This document shows positions 40,334-50,132 of a stretch of DNA of 64,000 bases, one piece after another. The notes beneath the pieces were generated by a model. It was given only the letters and a program-made list of their open reading frames with translations. It searched no databases and was not told the origin of the DNA. How positions within the stretch are numbered: the stretch's first letter is position 1; each line of letters starts with the position of its first letter. The translations under genes were made by a program, and so were the position numbers. This DNA is from Bacteroidota bacterium (GTDB lineage Bacteria > Bacteroidota > Bacteroidia > AKYH767-A > 2013-40CM-41-45), in the NCBI GenBank assembly GCA_031427625.1, contig JANPNV010000002.1, forward strand, positions 36,370 to 100,369. The letters are read 5' to 3'.

Positions 40334-41176
40334 ATGAGAAAACTTCTCTTGACTGCTGCTTTAGCTTCTGCTGTAGCATTTGCTAATGCGCAAACAATGA
40401 CATCTAAAAATGGCACACCCATTCTTCCTGAGACGGATGATTGGTCAATCGGTTTTGATGCACATCCTTTACTCAATTACTTTGGAAATCTATTTAACAA
40501 TACACAGAACAACTCTGTAAATATGGGTTATCCAAGTAATAACAACATGTTAATTGTTGGAAAAATGGTAAAAGATGAGACTACTGCGTATCGCGCAAAA
40601 GTTGGAATCAATTTCGGTTCTTCTACTGTTACTCACAATCCAAATGTATTCGGATTCGACAGTACTTTCTCTGCAAGTGAGACTAAATCGAGCAGTATGA
40701 ATGTTACCCTTGGTGCTGGTATTCAAAAATGGCGTGGAAAAGGTCGCTTAAAAGGATACTACGGTGCAGAAGCTATGGTTGGCTTTGGTAGTGCACAGAC
40801 AATGAAGTATACATACTTCAAGTCTCTTGTTGCTGCTTCTAGCCCTCAAGGTATTGCTCAGACAAGTGAAGACAAAGGTGGCAGCATCTTCGGTTTCGGT
40901 GTTCAGGGATTTATCGGTGTTGAATATTTCTTCGCTCCGAAAATGTCTCTTTGTGCTGAATACACTTGGGGTGTAGCAATCAATAGTGTTGGAGCATCTG
41001 AGTCAACTTACCAGATTGTTGAAAACCCTGCAGGTACACCGGTTCTTAGCTCTAAGACTGATATTACAGGTGACAAAACTTCTAACTTCAATGTTGGTGT
41101 TGGAAATACTGTTACTCCAAATGTAAACAGTACATCTAACGGAAGCGGTAGCATCGTTCTTTCTTTCTACTTCTAA
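40334..41176 (+). CDS. hypothetical outer-membrane beta-barrel protein
   Basis: The sequence has a signal peptide, an alternating amphipathic pattern, and a C-terminal aromatic residue (SFYF). Confidence 0.5.
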   Translation: MRKLLLTAALASAVAFANAQTMTSKNGTPILPETDDWSIGFDAHPLLNYFGNLFNNTQNNSVNMGYPSNNNMLIVGKMVKDETTAYRAKVGINFGSSTVTHNPNVFGFDSTFSASETKSSSMNVTLGAGIQKWRGKGRLKGYYGAEAMVGFGSAQTMKYTYFKSLVAASSPQGIAQTSEDKGGSIFGFGVQGFIGVEYFFAPKMSLCAEYTWGVAINSVGASESTYQIVENPAGTPVLSSKTDITGDKTSNFNVGVGNTVTPNVNSTSNGSGSIVLSFYF

Positions 41177-41195
41177 TAATTCTTTTGTAAAAAAA

Positions 41196-41224
41196 GCCGT
41201 CCCTACAGGGTCGGCTTTTTTTTT
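41196..41224 (+). terminator. rho-independent terminator
   Basis: An A7 tract precedes the GC-rich hairpin gccgtccct-ac-agggtcggc, which is followed by a T9 tract. Confidence 0.8.
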
Positions 41225-41289
41225 GCTCTTTTTTCAGATGCATATGAAATAACCAAGAAGTTTTAATTATGACATCCTCAAATTAAAGA

Positions 41290-41742
41290 CTAATCAATTC
41301 CCCGCTGCATCTCTCTGGCAACATCTTTCTTCTTTATATCCTCACGTTTGTCGAACATCTTTTTTCCACGGGCTACTGCAATTTCAAGCTTTGCAAGTCC
41401 TCTTTCATTAAAAAATATCTGTATCGGTATAATAGTCGTTCCCTTATCCTTCAGCTTCGAGATAATTTTTAAAATCTCTGACTTTTTCAGAAGTAACTTT
41501 CGGGTTCTTTTGGGTTCATGGTTGGCATAAGAACCGTGCGTGTATTCTGAAATATGCATATTCTTTACCCACAACTCATCATTTGTAATAAGACAGTATG
41601 AATCCGTCAGATTTGCTTTCCCTTCACGAATCGATTTTATCTCCGTACCAGTAAGCATTATACCCGCCTTGTAAGTTGCCAGAAAGTGATATTCGAACGA
41701 GGCCTTCTTATTCTTTATAACAGACTGATGCTGTTTTCCCAT
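41290..41742 (-). CDS. smpB: SsrA-binding protein
   Basis: At 150 aa it shows SmpB-typical sequence (FEYHFLATYKAGIMLTGTEIKSIR...KLLLKKSEI). Confidence 0.9.
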   Translation of the reverse strand: MGKQHQSVIKNKKASFEYHFLATYKAGIMLTGTEIKSIREGKANLTDSYCLITNDELWVKNMHISEYTHGSYANHEPKRTRKLLLKKSEILKIISKLKDKGTTIIPIQIFFNERGLAKLEIAVARGKKMFDKREDIKKKDVAREMQRGID

Positions 41743-41811
41743 AGTGGCCGAAGATAGGGAGATATTTAATTAGCGAATGTGATAATGTGATGATTTGTCG
41801 AAAAGCGATCG

Positions 41812-43692
41812 CTACTTGGAGCGAACGATAAGTAATGGAATTTTAATTTTATGCCTGACGGATCCTACTGTCGTACCAAAGATAAAATCCTTAAACCCTT
41901 TATGACCATGTGCGCCCATTACTAATAAATCAGCATTGAATTCATTAACAATTTTAGGGATAGCATTCTTCGGACTTCCATAACCAATCTTCGTTTCAAT
42001 TTTATATCCCTGATGAATCAATTCATCAGCATATTGAGTTAGATGTTTCAAATCAGAATGGAATTCATAGTCTCTAATATCACTCTTCATAACCAATGCA
42101 CCGGCAGACTCAACAATATGCAAAAGAAGGTACTCCGCTTTTTTCCCTCCCTGTGCAATTGCACTGCTAATGCTTTCTGCGTCCATTTTCGAAAAATCAA
42201 GCGTAATGGCAATTCGCAGGTAGGGTTTAATGTGTAAAGGCTGGATAGGTTGAAAAACTCCATGAGGTCCTGTCGGATATTCTTTTTTCTTTTTGCGGAA
42301 CAGGGGTCTGAATGTAATATATAAAAGAAGTCCAGCAGCCGCAGTTATTAGTGGCAAAACAATAAATAAAAGAAAGAAAGGATTATTTGTTGTATTCATC
42401 CAATCCACGATTTCTGAATAAACCATTTTTGCATTCAGTAGAACAATTATTGATGTAAATATCCATGCAATTATTTTAACATACATCGGAATTGCAAATT
42501 CCTTCATCTTGGTTTTATCGCTGACAAAATGTATTAACGGAACGATAGCGAAACCAAGCTGAAGACTTAATATTACCTGCGAAAAAATCAGAAGTTTTCC
42601 TGTAGAACTTTCACCGTAAATATTAATAACGATCAATGCAGGTATTATGGCCAGCAATCTTGTAATTAATCTTCTAATCCATGGAGCAATCCGAAGGTTG
42701 AGATAACCCTCCATAACAATCTGTCCGGCAAGCGTTCCGGTAATAGTAGAACTTTGACCTGCGGCAATAAGCGCAATCGCGAAAAACTTCGGTGCCCATT
42801 CATTTCCTAGTAATGGCGCCAGAAATTTATGTGCATCCTGGATTTCCGCTACTTCGAAAAGTCCATTTTTAAAAAAAGTTGATGCCGCTAAAATCAAGAT
42901 TGCAGCATTAACAAAAAACGCCAGATTTAATGCAATCGCAGAGTCAAAAATATTATATCGGATTGCTTTACGAATCTCCACAGGAGTCCGTTCAAATTTT
43001 CGCGTTTGAACGAGAGAGGAATGTAAATACAGGTTATGAGGCATAACAGTCGCACCGATTATTGCTATAGCAATATATAATGCCGTATCGTTTGGAATGG
43101 AGGGAATCAATCCTTGAATAACATCTCCGATAACTGGCTTGGCAAAAATCATCTCCGCAAGAAAAGCCATCCCGATTATTGCTATGAGACCTAATATAAA
43201 TGCTTCCATCCTCCTTATTCCGAAATTAATAAGAAACAGCAGGAGGAAGGTGTCCAAAACAGTAATCGTAACTCCCCACAATAATGGAATACCAAATAAA
43301 AGCTGAAGACCAATAGCCATCCCTAAAACTTCTGCCAGATCGCATGCAGCAATTGCAATCTCTGCCAGTATATATAATGAAATATTTATTGGCTTCGAAT
43401 ATGTTTCACGTGATGCCTGCGCCAGATCACGGCCTCGAACTATTCCCAATCGCGCACTTAAACTCTGCAGAAGCAAAGCGATAATGTTCGACATTAGTAA
43501 TACCCAAATGAGTTTATAACCAAACTGACTTCCTCCGGCAATATCAGTCGCCCAATTACCAGGATCCATATATCCAACGCTTACCAGATAAGCGGGACCG
43601 GCAAAAGCAAAAAACTTTTTAAATTTTGACCCTCCTTTGTTTGTTTCAACAGAAGAGTGGACTTCAGGAAGTGACATGTCACTTTTCGACAT
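41812..43692 (-). CDS. mntH: Nramp-family divalent metal (Mn2+/Fe2+) transporter fused to a C-terminal universal stress protein domain
   Basis: The Nramp signature GPAYLVSVGYMDPGNWATDI and about 11 TM helices occupy residues 1-470. The C-terminal 150 aa form a USP fold (LLVMGAHGHKGFKDFIFGTTVGSVRHKIKIPLLIV). Confidence 0.8.
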   Translation of the reverse strand: MSKSDMSLPEVHSSVETNKGGSKFKKFFAFAGPAYLVSVGYMDPGNWATDIAGGSQFGYKLIWVLLMSNIIALLLQSLSARLGIVRGRDLAQASRETYSKPINISLYILAEIAIAACDLAEVLGMAIGLQLLFGIPLLWGVTITVLDTFLLLFLINFGIRRMEAFILGLIAIIGMAFLAEMIFAKPVIGDVIQGLIPSIPNDTALYIAIAIIGATVMPHNLYLHSSLVQTRKFERTPVEIRKAIRYNIFDSAIALNLAFFVNAAILILAASTFFKNGLFEVAEIQDAHKFLAPLLGNEWAPKFFAIALIAAGQSSTITGTLAGQIVMEGYLNLRIAPWIRRLITRLLAIIPALIVINIYGESSTGKLLIFSQVILSLQLGFAIVPLIHFVSDKTKMKEFAIPMYVKIIAWIFTSIIVLLNAKMVYSEIVDWMNTTNNPFFLLFIVLPLITAAAGLLLYITFRPLFRKKKKEYPTGPHGVFQPIQPLHIKPYLRIAITLDFSKMDAESISSAIAQGGKKAEYLLLHIVESAGALVMKSDIRDYEFHSDLKHLTQYADELIHQGYKIETKIGYGSPKNAIPKIVNEFNADLLVMGAHGHKGFKDFIFGTTVGSVRHKIKIPLLIVRSK

Positions 43693-43719
43693 TACTATTT
43701 AATTTAAAGGTGTATTAAA

Positions 43720-44409
43720 TTATCCTGCAGTAGAAACTAAAATATTTTTGGCCACTTCAGAAGAAACATAGATTATATTTTTTGAACTACCGACTAAAAG
43801 GGTCATCGATTGATCGTAAGTTGTAATTTCTTTTACATTGATTTTTTTCCCGAGTGACAATCCTTGTTTATCAAGATATTGAAGGAAATCAGGCCGGTGA
43901 TCGATAACGCCATTAATCTTCAGCCATTCATTCTCTCCTGCTGATGATAGTGGAAATGTTTTAGCTGAATGAAAATTTCCATGTTCGTCAGGAATAGGAT
44001 CACCATGTGGATCCCATTTGGGTTTCCCAAGAAATTCATACAACCTTTTTACAAGGGATTCTGATTGAATATGCTCAAGTTGTTCGGCAATATCATGCAC
44101 TTCTCCCCAGTTAAATCCCAACTTGTCGACAAGGAATAATTCCCATAATCGATGCTTTCGAATAACACTTATTGCCGATTTTTTTCCAAGAGCGGTTAAT
44201 GTTACACCTTGATATTTCGCATAATTCAAAAGCTTTTTCTCGGCAAGCTTTCGAATCATATCTGAAACAGAGGCAGGGGCTGTCTCCACAGCAGAAGCAA
44301 TAGAATTTGTCGTAATACGGGACGAACCGCGTTCTAACAACTTATAAATTGCCTTCAGGTAATTTTCCTCACTGAATGATAATGCCATTGAGCATATTAA
44401 TTTAGACAA
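43720..44409 (-). CDS. mntR: DtxR/MntR family metal-dependent transcriptional regulator with a C-terminal FeoA/SH3-like domain
   Basis: It has an N-terminal winged helix and a DtxR-like metal-binding region (HRLWELFLVDKLGFNWGEVHDIAEQLEH). It is encoded immediately upstream of the Nramp gene and co-directional with it. Confidence 0.8.
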   Translation of the reverse strand: MSKLICSMALSFSEENYLKAIYKLLERGSSRITTNSIASAVETAPASVSDMIRKLAEKKLLNYAKYQGVTLTALGKKSAISVIRKHRLWELFLVDKLGFNWGEVHDIAEQLEHIQSESLVKRLYEFLGKPKWDPHGDPIPDEHGNFHSAKTFPLSSAGENEWLKINGVIDHRPDFLQYLDKQGLSLGKKINVKEITTYDQSMTLLVGSSKNIIYVSSEVAKNILVSTAG

Positions 44410-44517
44410 ACCTAAATTATAATTTTGAATATTCTAAATAATTATTTGCCATTTATCAACAAAAGGCTCTTAATAATCAAATTACAGAATATTCAATTTG
44501 TATTCTACTTTTGCAGA

Positions 44518-45591
44518 ATGTCTTTCTACTCCAGAATTATCAGGCCAATACTTTTCCTGTCCGATCCTGAAATTATTCATTACAAAGTTTTTAAACTACT
44601 CAAATTCGCTTTCCGCTTTCCATTTGCGAAGTCCATATGTACTAATATTTATACTTTATCTGATCACAGACTGAAAACAAAAGTTTTCGGAATTGATTTC
44701 CCAAATCCTGTAGGATTAGCAGCAGGTTTTGACAAAGACGCAAAATTGATTAACGAATTGTCAGCTTTCGGATTTGGATTTATTGAAGTTGGAACTGTAA
44801 CACCTCATGCCCAAGCGGGAAACGTTAAGCCCAGAATGTTCAGACTTACTGATGATGTTGCTCTGATAAACAGAATGGGATTTAATAATGATGGAGTTCA
44901 AGCAATGGTAAGTCAACTCAAAAAAAGACAGCCCGGAATTATCATCGGAGGTAATATTGGAAAAAATAAAAACACGCTTAATGAAAATGCTTTTGATGAT
45001 TATGAAAAATGTTTTCGTGAACTTTTCCCTTTTGTCGACTACTTTGCTATAAATGTAAGTTCTCCGAATACACCCGGACTTCGCTCGTTACAGGAGAAAG
45101 AACCATTACTTAAGCTGCTGCAACATCTTCAGCAAGTAAATCTTAAACTATCATCAACAAACAAATCAAGCCAACATAAACAAAAGCCAATTCTTTTAAA
45201 AATTGCTCCTGATCTTACAGATAAGCAACTGGATGAAATTGTGGAAGTCGTCCTTATTTCAAATCTGGACGGTATCATTGCTACGAATACAACTACTTCG
45301 AGAGAAGGATTGACTTCCAATTCTGATACAATTACTAAAGCAGGTACAGGCGGACTTAGCGGCAAACCACTTTCATCACGTTCAACTGATGTGATTAGAT
45401 ATCTGTCAAAAAAATCAAATGGTCGTTATAAAATAATAGGAGTGGGGGGAATACATTCGGAAAATGATGCCCTCGAAAAATTAAATGCAGGAGCATCACT
45501 CATTCAGATTTATACAGGATTTATTTATGAAGGTCCTGGACTAATTAAGAAAATAAACAAAAAAATACTTGCTAACAGAAAGAATTCTTAA
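44518..45591 (+). CDS. pyrD: dihydroorotate dehydrogenase (quinone), class 2
   Basis: PyrD motifs are present ([31 protein letters not shown]). The ATG at 44518 (MSFYSRII...) is preferred over the track's TTG at 44425, which would read through the divergent promoter. Confidence 0.85.
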   Translation: MSFYSRIIRPILFLSDPEIIHYKVFKLLKFAFRFPFAKSICTNIYTLSDHRLKTKVFGIDFPNPVGLAAGFDKDAKLINELSAFGFGFIEVGTVTPHAQAGNVKPRMFRLTDDVALINRMGFNNDGVQAMVSQLKKRQPGIIIGGNIGKNKNTLNENAFDDYEKCFRELFPFVDYFAINVSSPNTPGLRSLQEKEPLLKLLQHLQQVNLKLSSTNKSSQHKQKPILLKIAPDLTDKQLDEIVEVVLISNLDGIIATNTTTSREGLTSNSDTITKAGTGGLSGKPLSSRSTDVIRYLSKKSNGRYKIIGVGGIHSENDALEKLNAGASLIQIYTGFIYEGPGLIKKINKKILANRKNS

Positions 45592-45645
45592 AAAAATTCT
45601 TTACCCAAAACAACATAACAAACATTTCGGCCGACAACAGATTTG

Positions 45646-46305
45646 TTATTTTTCCAAATGTTTTAACACTTTTGCTTCCATGTAAAAAATAATTTCTTCG
45701 GCAACATTTTTTATCTGATCACCTGTTCGTTCCAGTTTTCTGATAGTTGACACAATATGTAGAGACTGAGCTATTAATTCCGGATTTGCTCTGATAAATG
45801 CTTCAATCACTCCATTTGCATTTCTATTAATCTCATCCAGTAAATCGTCTTTCTGAAAAATTCCCCGCGACAATTTGGTATCCTCATGATCAAATGCAGT
45901 CTCTACATCACTGAGCATTTGCATCGACATTGCAAACATTTCGTCGAGGCGGGTTTGCTTCATTAATTCCTTATCAAACGGAGCTTTGGCATCTATTACA
46001 TACCTGCTGATACCATCAGCTATGTCTCCAATCCTTTCAAGATTATAATTTATTTTTAATACGGCCAGAACAAATCGAAGATCAATAGCTACAGGATTGA
46101 AAAGCGCGAAAATGTTTTCACAATCTTTATCAATTTTTAATTCAAGCGCATTCACTCGCTTTTCATTATTATTGACTTCACGTGCAAGCTCTTTGTCCAT
46201 AACTGACAATGCCTCATATGTTTTCTTCATCTGCAAACAAACCAGATCAAACATTTCAATTACTTCTCCCTTAAGGCGTTTTATTTCTACATCGAGATGA
46301 CTCAT
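45646..46305 (-). CDS. phoU: phosphate transport system regulator PhoU
   Basis: It has two PhoU repeats (YNLERIGD... and LERTGDQI). Confidence 0.85.
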   Translation of the reverse strand: MSHLDVEIKRLKGEVIEMFDLVCLQMKKTYEALSVMDKELAREVNNNEKRVNALELKIDKDCENIFALFNPVAIDLRFVLAVLKINYNLERIGDIADGISRYVIDAKAPFDKELMKQTRLDEMFAMSMQMLSDVETAFDHEDTKLSRGIFQKDDLLDEINRNANGVIEAFIRANPELIAQSLHIVSTIRKLERTGDQIKNVAEEIIFYMEAKVLKHLEK

Positions 46306-46351
46306 ATTTTTTATGCTTTTTAATTACGTATTTATTATTTATTTCTCATTC

Positions 46352-47107
46352 TCAACCAAAACGGCCAGTAACATAACTTTGTGTTTTTTCCACTTTCGGA
46401 TTAGTGAAAATCACCTCTGTTAAATCGTATTCGATGAGCTCGCCAAGGTAGAAAAATGCTGTCCTATCGCTAACTCTTGCCGCCTGCTGCATATTATGTG
46501 TGACGATAATTATAGTATACTTGTTTTTCAATTCATATATTAACTCTTCAATTTTTGCAGTAGATATTGGATCCAGTGCAGATGCCGGTTCATCCATAAG
46601 TATTACTGAGGGCTCAATTGCAATTGCTCGTGCAATACAAAGTCGTTGTTGTTGTCCTCCCGATAATTCAAACGCTGATTTTTTAAGTTTATCTTTTACT
46701 TCATCCCATAATGCAGCTTGCTTTAAAGAAGTTTCCACACGTTCTTCTACAAATGATGTATGATTCAGTCCGTTTACCCTAAGTCCATATGCAACATTTT
46801 CAAAAATACTTTTTGGAAATGGATTCGGTTTCTGAAATACCATTCCAACTTTTTTCCTGAGTTCATCGATGCGCTGATTTTTAGATTTATAAATATCCTT
46901 CCCATCAAGTAAAACATCGCCTTCAATTCTAATTCCTGGAATGAGGTCATTCATTCTGTTGAATAGACGGAGGTACGTCGACTTTCCACAACCGGAAGGA
47001 CCAATTAATGCAGTCACCGAATTATTTTGCATTTCAAGACTGATACCTTTCAACGCATGAAATTTTCCGTAATACAAATGAACATCCTTCGTTTCTATCT
47101 TATTCAT
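46352..47107 (-). CDS. pstB: phosphate ABC transporter ATP-binding protein
   Basis: Walker A (GPSGCGKST), the ABC signature (LSGGQQQR) and Walker B (ILMDEP) are all present. Confidence 0.9.
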   Translation of the reverse strand: MNKIETKDVHLYYGKFHALKGISLEMQNNSVTALIGPSGCGKSTYLRLFNRMNDLIPGIRIEGDVLLDGKDIYKSKNQRIDELRKKVGMVFQKPNPFPKSIFENVAYGLRVNGLNHTSFVEERVETSLKQAALWDEVKDKLKKSAFELSGGQQQRLCIARAIAIEPSVILMDEPASALDPISTAKIEELIYELKNKYTIIIVTHNMQQAARVSDRTAFFYLGELIEYDLTEVIFTNPKVEKTQSYVTGRFG

Positions 47108-47112
47108 AATTA

Positions 47113-47967
47113 TTAATTCATTTTTACTTTATTACTGAAATATCTTCTGAGCCCATTGGCAATCAGATTTAACAGTAGTACAATCAAAACTAAGACGAGA
47201 GCAGTCCCATAAGCAACATCCCTTGATTCCTGAATATTTGTTCCGCTCGTGCTGATCACATAGAGATGATAAGGTAATGCCATTACCTGATCGAAAATAC
47301 TGGTGGGTAGCTTTGGCAGGAAATACGCAGCTACCGTGAATAAGATAGGTGCTGTTTCACCCGACACTCTTCCGATCGATAAAATTAATCCGGTAATAAT
47401 ATTAGGCATTGCCATCGGAAGAATTACCCGGCGGATTGTCTGAAGTTTTGTTGCTCCAAGTGCAAGACTTCCATGCCTGAAAGAATCATCGACTGCAAGA
47501 AGTGACTCTTCCGTTACTCTTATAACAATTGGTAGTGCTAATATTCCCAATGTAAGCGAACCTGCAAGAATCGAATCACCGAAACCAAGCGTCTTAACAA
47601 AAAGTGCCATTCCAAACAAACCAAACACGATTGAGGGAATCCCTGCAAGATTATTTGTCATCAGTTTAATGAATCGTTTAAACCAACTATCTTTAGTATA
47701 TTCATTTGTATAAATACCTGCCATAACACCGAGAGGAAAAGCAACAATCATAGAACCGCCAACGAGACAAAATGTTCCAATAATTGCAGGGTAAATACCA
47801 CCTTTTGTCATACCATCTTCAGGCATGCTTGAGAGAAATTTCCAGCTAAGCATATGCCAGCCACGCACGAATATAAATTCGAGAATCCAAAACAGGATAA
47901 CAATAACCATCAGACTGAGAAGTCTGAATATCCAAAAAGCTATTTTCTCTTTAAGATTTTTCGACAT
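47113..47967 (-). CDS. pstA: phosphate ABC transporter permease PstA
   Basis: It is a 6-TM permease with the EAA-like loop, placed between pstC and pstB. Confidence 0.85.
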   Translation of the reverse strand: MSKNLKEKIAFWIFRLLSLMVIVILFWILEFIFVRGWHMLSWKFLSSMPEDGMTKGGIYPAIIGTFCLVGGSMIVAFPLGVMAGIYTNEYTKDSWFKRFIKLMTNNLAGIPSIVFGLFGMALFVKTLGFGDSILAGSLTLGILALPIVIRVTEESLLAVDDSFRHGSLALGATKLQTIRRVILPMAMPNIITGLILSIGRVSGETAPILFTVAAYFLPKLPTSIFDQVMALPYHLYVISTSGTNIQESRDVAYGTALVLVLIVLLLNLIANGLRRYFSNKVKMN

Positions 47968-47968
47968 A

Positions 47969-49171
47969 TCAGTTTTTGGATTTTCGTTTTCTGCCTATTG
48001 ACTGCACCCAGATATTTATTGCCATCGTTAACAAGAAAAGTATACATCCCAATGCAAAGAGCGCTTTATAATGAACACCGCCAGAAGGAGCTTCCCCTAA
48101 TTCCGCCGCAATCGTCGCCGGAATTGTTCTCACCGGTTGCAAAAGAGAATGAGGCATAACAGCGGCATTTCCTGTAACCATCAGAACAGCCATAGTTTCA
48201 CCGATGGCACGTCCGATTCCAAGAATGGCCGCTGCAGAAATTCCGGAAACAGAATAAGGGAGAATCACTCTGCGAATTGTTTGCCAGTGATTTGCCCCAA
48301 GAGCCAATGAAGCTTCTTTCATACTCCTTGGAGTATTTCGAATAGCATCTTCAGAAACAGTGATGATTGTTGGCAATGCCATTATTGCAAGTACAATACT
48401 TCCTGCAAGAGCTGTTTCACCAACGGGAAGGTTGAAAGTATCATGAATGAAAGGAACAATTATTATTAGTCCAAAGAAACCATATACTACTGAAGGAATA
48501 CCTGCCAGCAATTCGATAATTGGTTTGATAATCTTTCTAAGTCTTTCGTCAGCAACTTCTGCCATGTAAATAGCTGTGGCAATCCCAATTGGCAATGCAA
48601 ATATTATGGCAAAAATTGAAACGAGTAATGTCCCTAATATCAGAGGTAATGCTCCCAGTTGTACAGCGGGTTCTGCAGTAGGAAACCATTGTCGCCCAAA
48701 AATAAAATCCTGTAAATTGTTTTTTCTGACATATACCCCTTTAACTTTCTTGTCCTTCAGCAAATATTTGTCAGGGAAAACTGCCAATACATCCGGCATT
48801 GAATTTACCAGTGAATCAAGTTTCTCTGGTAAAAATTCAAAATTTTCTCCAATTTCCTCCTCTGAAAAATAATTAGGAATATCATTGATTGTTAATGTTA
48901 TTATTGAATCATTATTCCCACCAACTTTATCCCAATGTGTAATATGCTGGTCGAAAATATCTTTTAGCTCTAAAGCAGTTAATTGTTCTACAGTATTAGT
49001 TCTATTAACAACGATAACATTATTATTCTCGATTGGAGAAGTATTAAATAAGGAAAAACCTTCACGGAATAGAAAAATTATTATTAATAATATTGTAAGA
49101 GTCGAAACTGAACTACTGATTAACAGCAATCCTTCTAAAAACTTTTCAACGAATCTTTTAATTCTCTTCAC
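47969..49171 (-). CDS. pstC: phosphate ABC transporter permease PstC with an about 110-aa periplasmic insert resembling a PstS segment
   Basis: The permease core is intact (GIATAIYMAEV...). Between TM1 and TM2 the insert contains LTALELKDIFDQHITHWDKVGGNNDSIITL, which matches the pstS motif LTREQLEGIFTGKIKNWKDVGGDDMIIVV encoded at 49288-50103. Confidence 0.8.
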   Translation of the reverse strand: MKRIKRFVEKFLEGLLLISSSVSTLTILLIIIFLFREGFSLFNTSPIENNNVIVVNRTNTVEQLTALELKDIFDQHITHWDKVGGNNDSIITLTINDIPNYFSEEEIGENFEFLPEKLDSLVNSMPDVLAVFPDKYLLKDKKVKGVYVRKNNLQDFIFGRQWFPTAEPAVQLGALPLILGTLLVSIFAIIFALPIGIATAIYMAEVADERLRKIIKPIIELLAGIPSVVYGFFGLIIIVPFIHDTFNLPVGETALAGSIVLAIMALPTIITVSEDAIRNTPRSMKEASLALGANHWQTIRRVILPYSVSGISAAAILGIGRAIGETMAVLMVTGNAAVMPHSLLQPVRTIPATIAAELGEAPSGGVHYKALFALGCILFLLTMAINIWVQSIGRKRKSKN

Positions 49172-49227
49172 TTAGGTGGATAATAATTTCAATTTAGCAG
49201 TTTTTATACTGCATTATTTATGTAAAA

Positions 49228-49257
49228 TAAACAGCAGCGGAATTACCGCCGCTGTTT
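49228..49257 (-). terminator. intra-operon hairpin after pstS, a candidate partial terminator or attenuator
   Basis: A 12-bp stem with one mismatch (aaacagcagcgg / ccgccgctgttt) encloses the loop aatta, and a T-rich run follows on the minus strand. Confidence 0.45.
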
Positions 49258-49287
49258 TCAAACCAAAGCTAAATTAGGTATTTATTT

Positions 49288-50103
49288 TTATTTTAATGAT
49301 ATGTATCCAATCTGATTGACAATTGACTGACCTTCTTGTGAAAGGATGAAATCCAGGAATGGTTTTACTGCTGCTTCCTTTGATGTAGCATAATAATAAT
49401 ATAAAGGGCGAACAATAGGGTAGGTCTTATTTCTGGCTGCTTCAATGGATGCATTTACAAATGTCTTTCCGTCATAGGATACTGCAATATCTTTTACTTC
49501 ATTCGAAAGGTATGCAAGACCTACATATCCAATGGCTCCCTTCGTCTGACTAACAGATTGCATAATGGCACCTGTTGCCGGCATATTTAAAACTGAAGAA
49601 GCATAATTTTTACGGTTCATAACGTGTTCTTTAAAGAATTCGTATGTACCAGAACTCGTCTCGCGAGAATAAACGACAATAATCATATCGTCACCTCCGA
49701 CATCCTTCCAGTTTTTTATCTTTCCTGTAAATATTCCTTCCAATTGTTCGCGTGTAAGCTTTGATACTTTGTTATTTGGATTAACAATTACTGATAATGC
49801 ATCATTGGCAATGATCACTTCTTTAAATCCGCGGCCAGCCTCTTGTAGTTTCATCCGCTCATCCATTTTCATTTTTCTGGAAGACATTGCAATGTCTGTA
49901 GAGTTGTCGACAAGAGCAGAAAGTCCAACACCACTACCACCACCAACAATAGTTATGCTTTTATTGGGATTCTTTTTCATAAATACCTCGGCTTCTTTTT
50001 GAGAAAGCGGAAGAACCGTATCACTTCCTTTAATAACAATTTTTTGTGCTATTGCGCTAAGTGTAATACTTACAAACAGGATTGCTGATAAGATAATTTT
50101 CAT
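49288..50103 (-). CDS. pstS: phosphate ABC transporter substrate-binding protein PstS family
   Basis: It has a signal peptide and PBP-type motifs (IKGSDTVLPL, GGGSGVG, TSSGTYEFF). Confidence 0.8.
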   Translation of the reverse strand: MKIILSAILFVSITLSAIAQKIVIKGSDTVLPLSQKEAEVFMKKNPNKSITIVGGGSGVGLSALVDNSTDIAMSSRKMKMDERMKLQEAGRGFKEVIIANDALSVIVNPNNKVSKLTREQLEGIFTGKIKNWKDVGGDDMIIVVYSRETSSGTYEFFKEHVMNRKNYASSVLNMPATGAIMQSVSQTKGAIGYVGLAYLSNEVKDIAVSYDGKTFVNASIEAARNKTYPIVRPLYYYYATSKEAAVKPFLDFILSQEGQSIVNQIGYISLK

Positions 50104-50132
50104 TTTTGCTATTTATTTTATTATTAGAAGTA

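Noticed and set aside
44425-44517. TTG start at 44425 for pyrD as given in the ORF track
   Set aside because: The N-terminal extension [31 protein letters not shown] would be translated from the AT-rich divergent promoter or operator region. The ATG at 44518 gives a typical PyrD N-terminus.
45592-45645. Hairpin ataacaaa...tttgttat between the convergent pyrD and phoU genes
   Set aside because: The 8-bp AT-only stem has a 19-nt loop and is only followed by ttttcc. It is too weak to annotate as a terminator.
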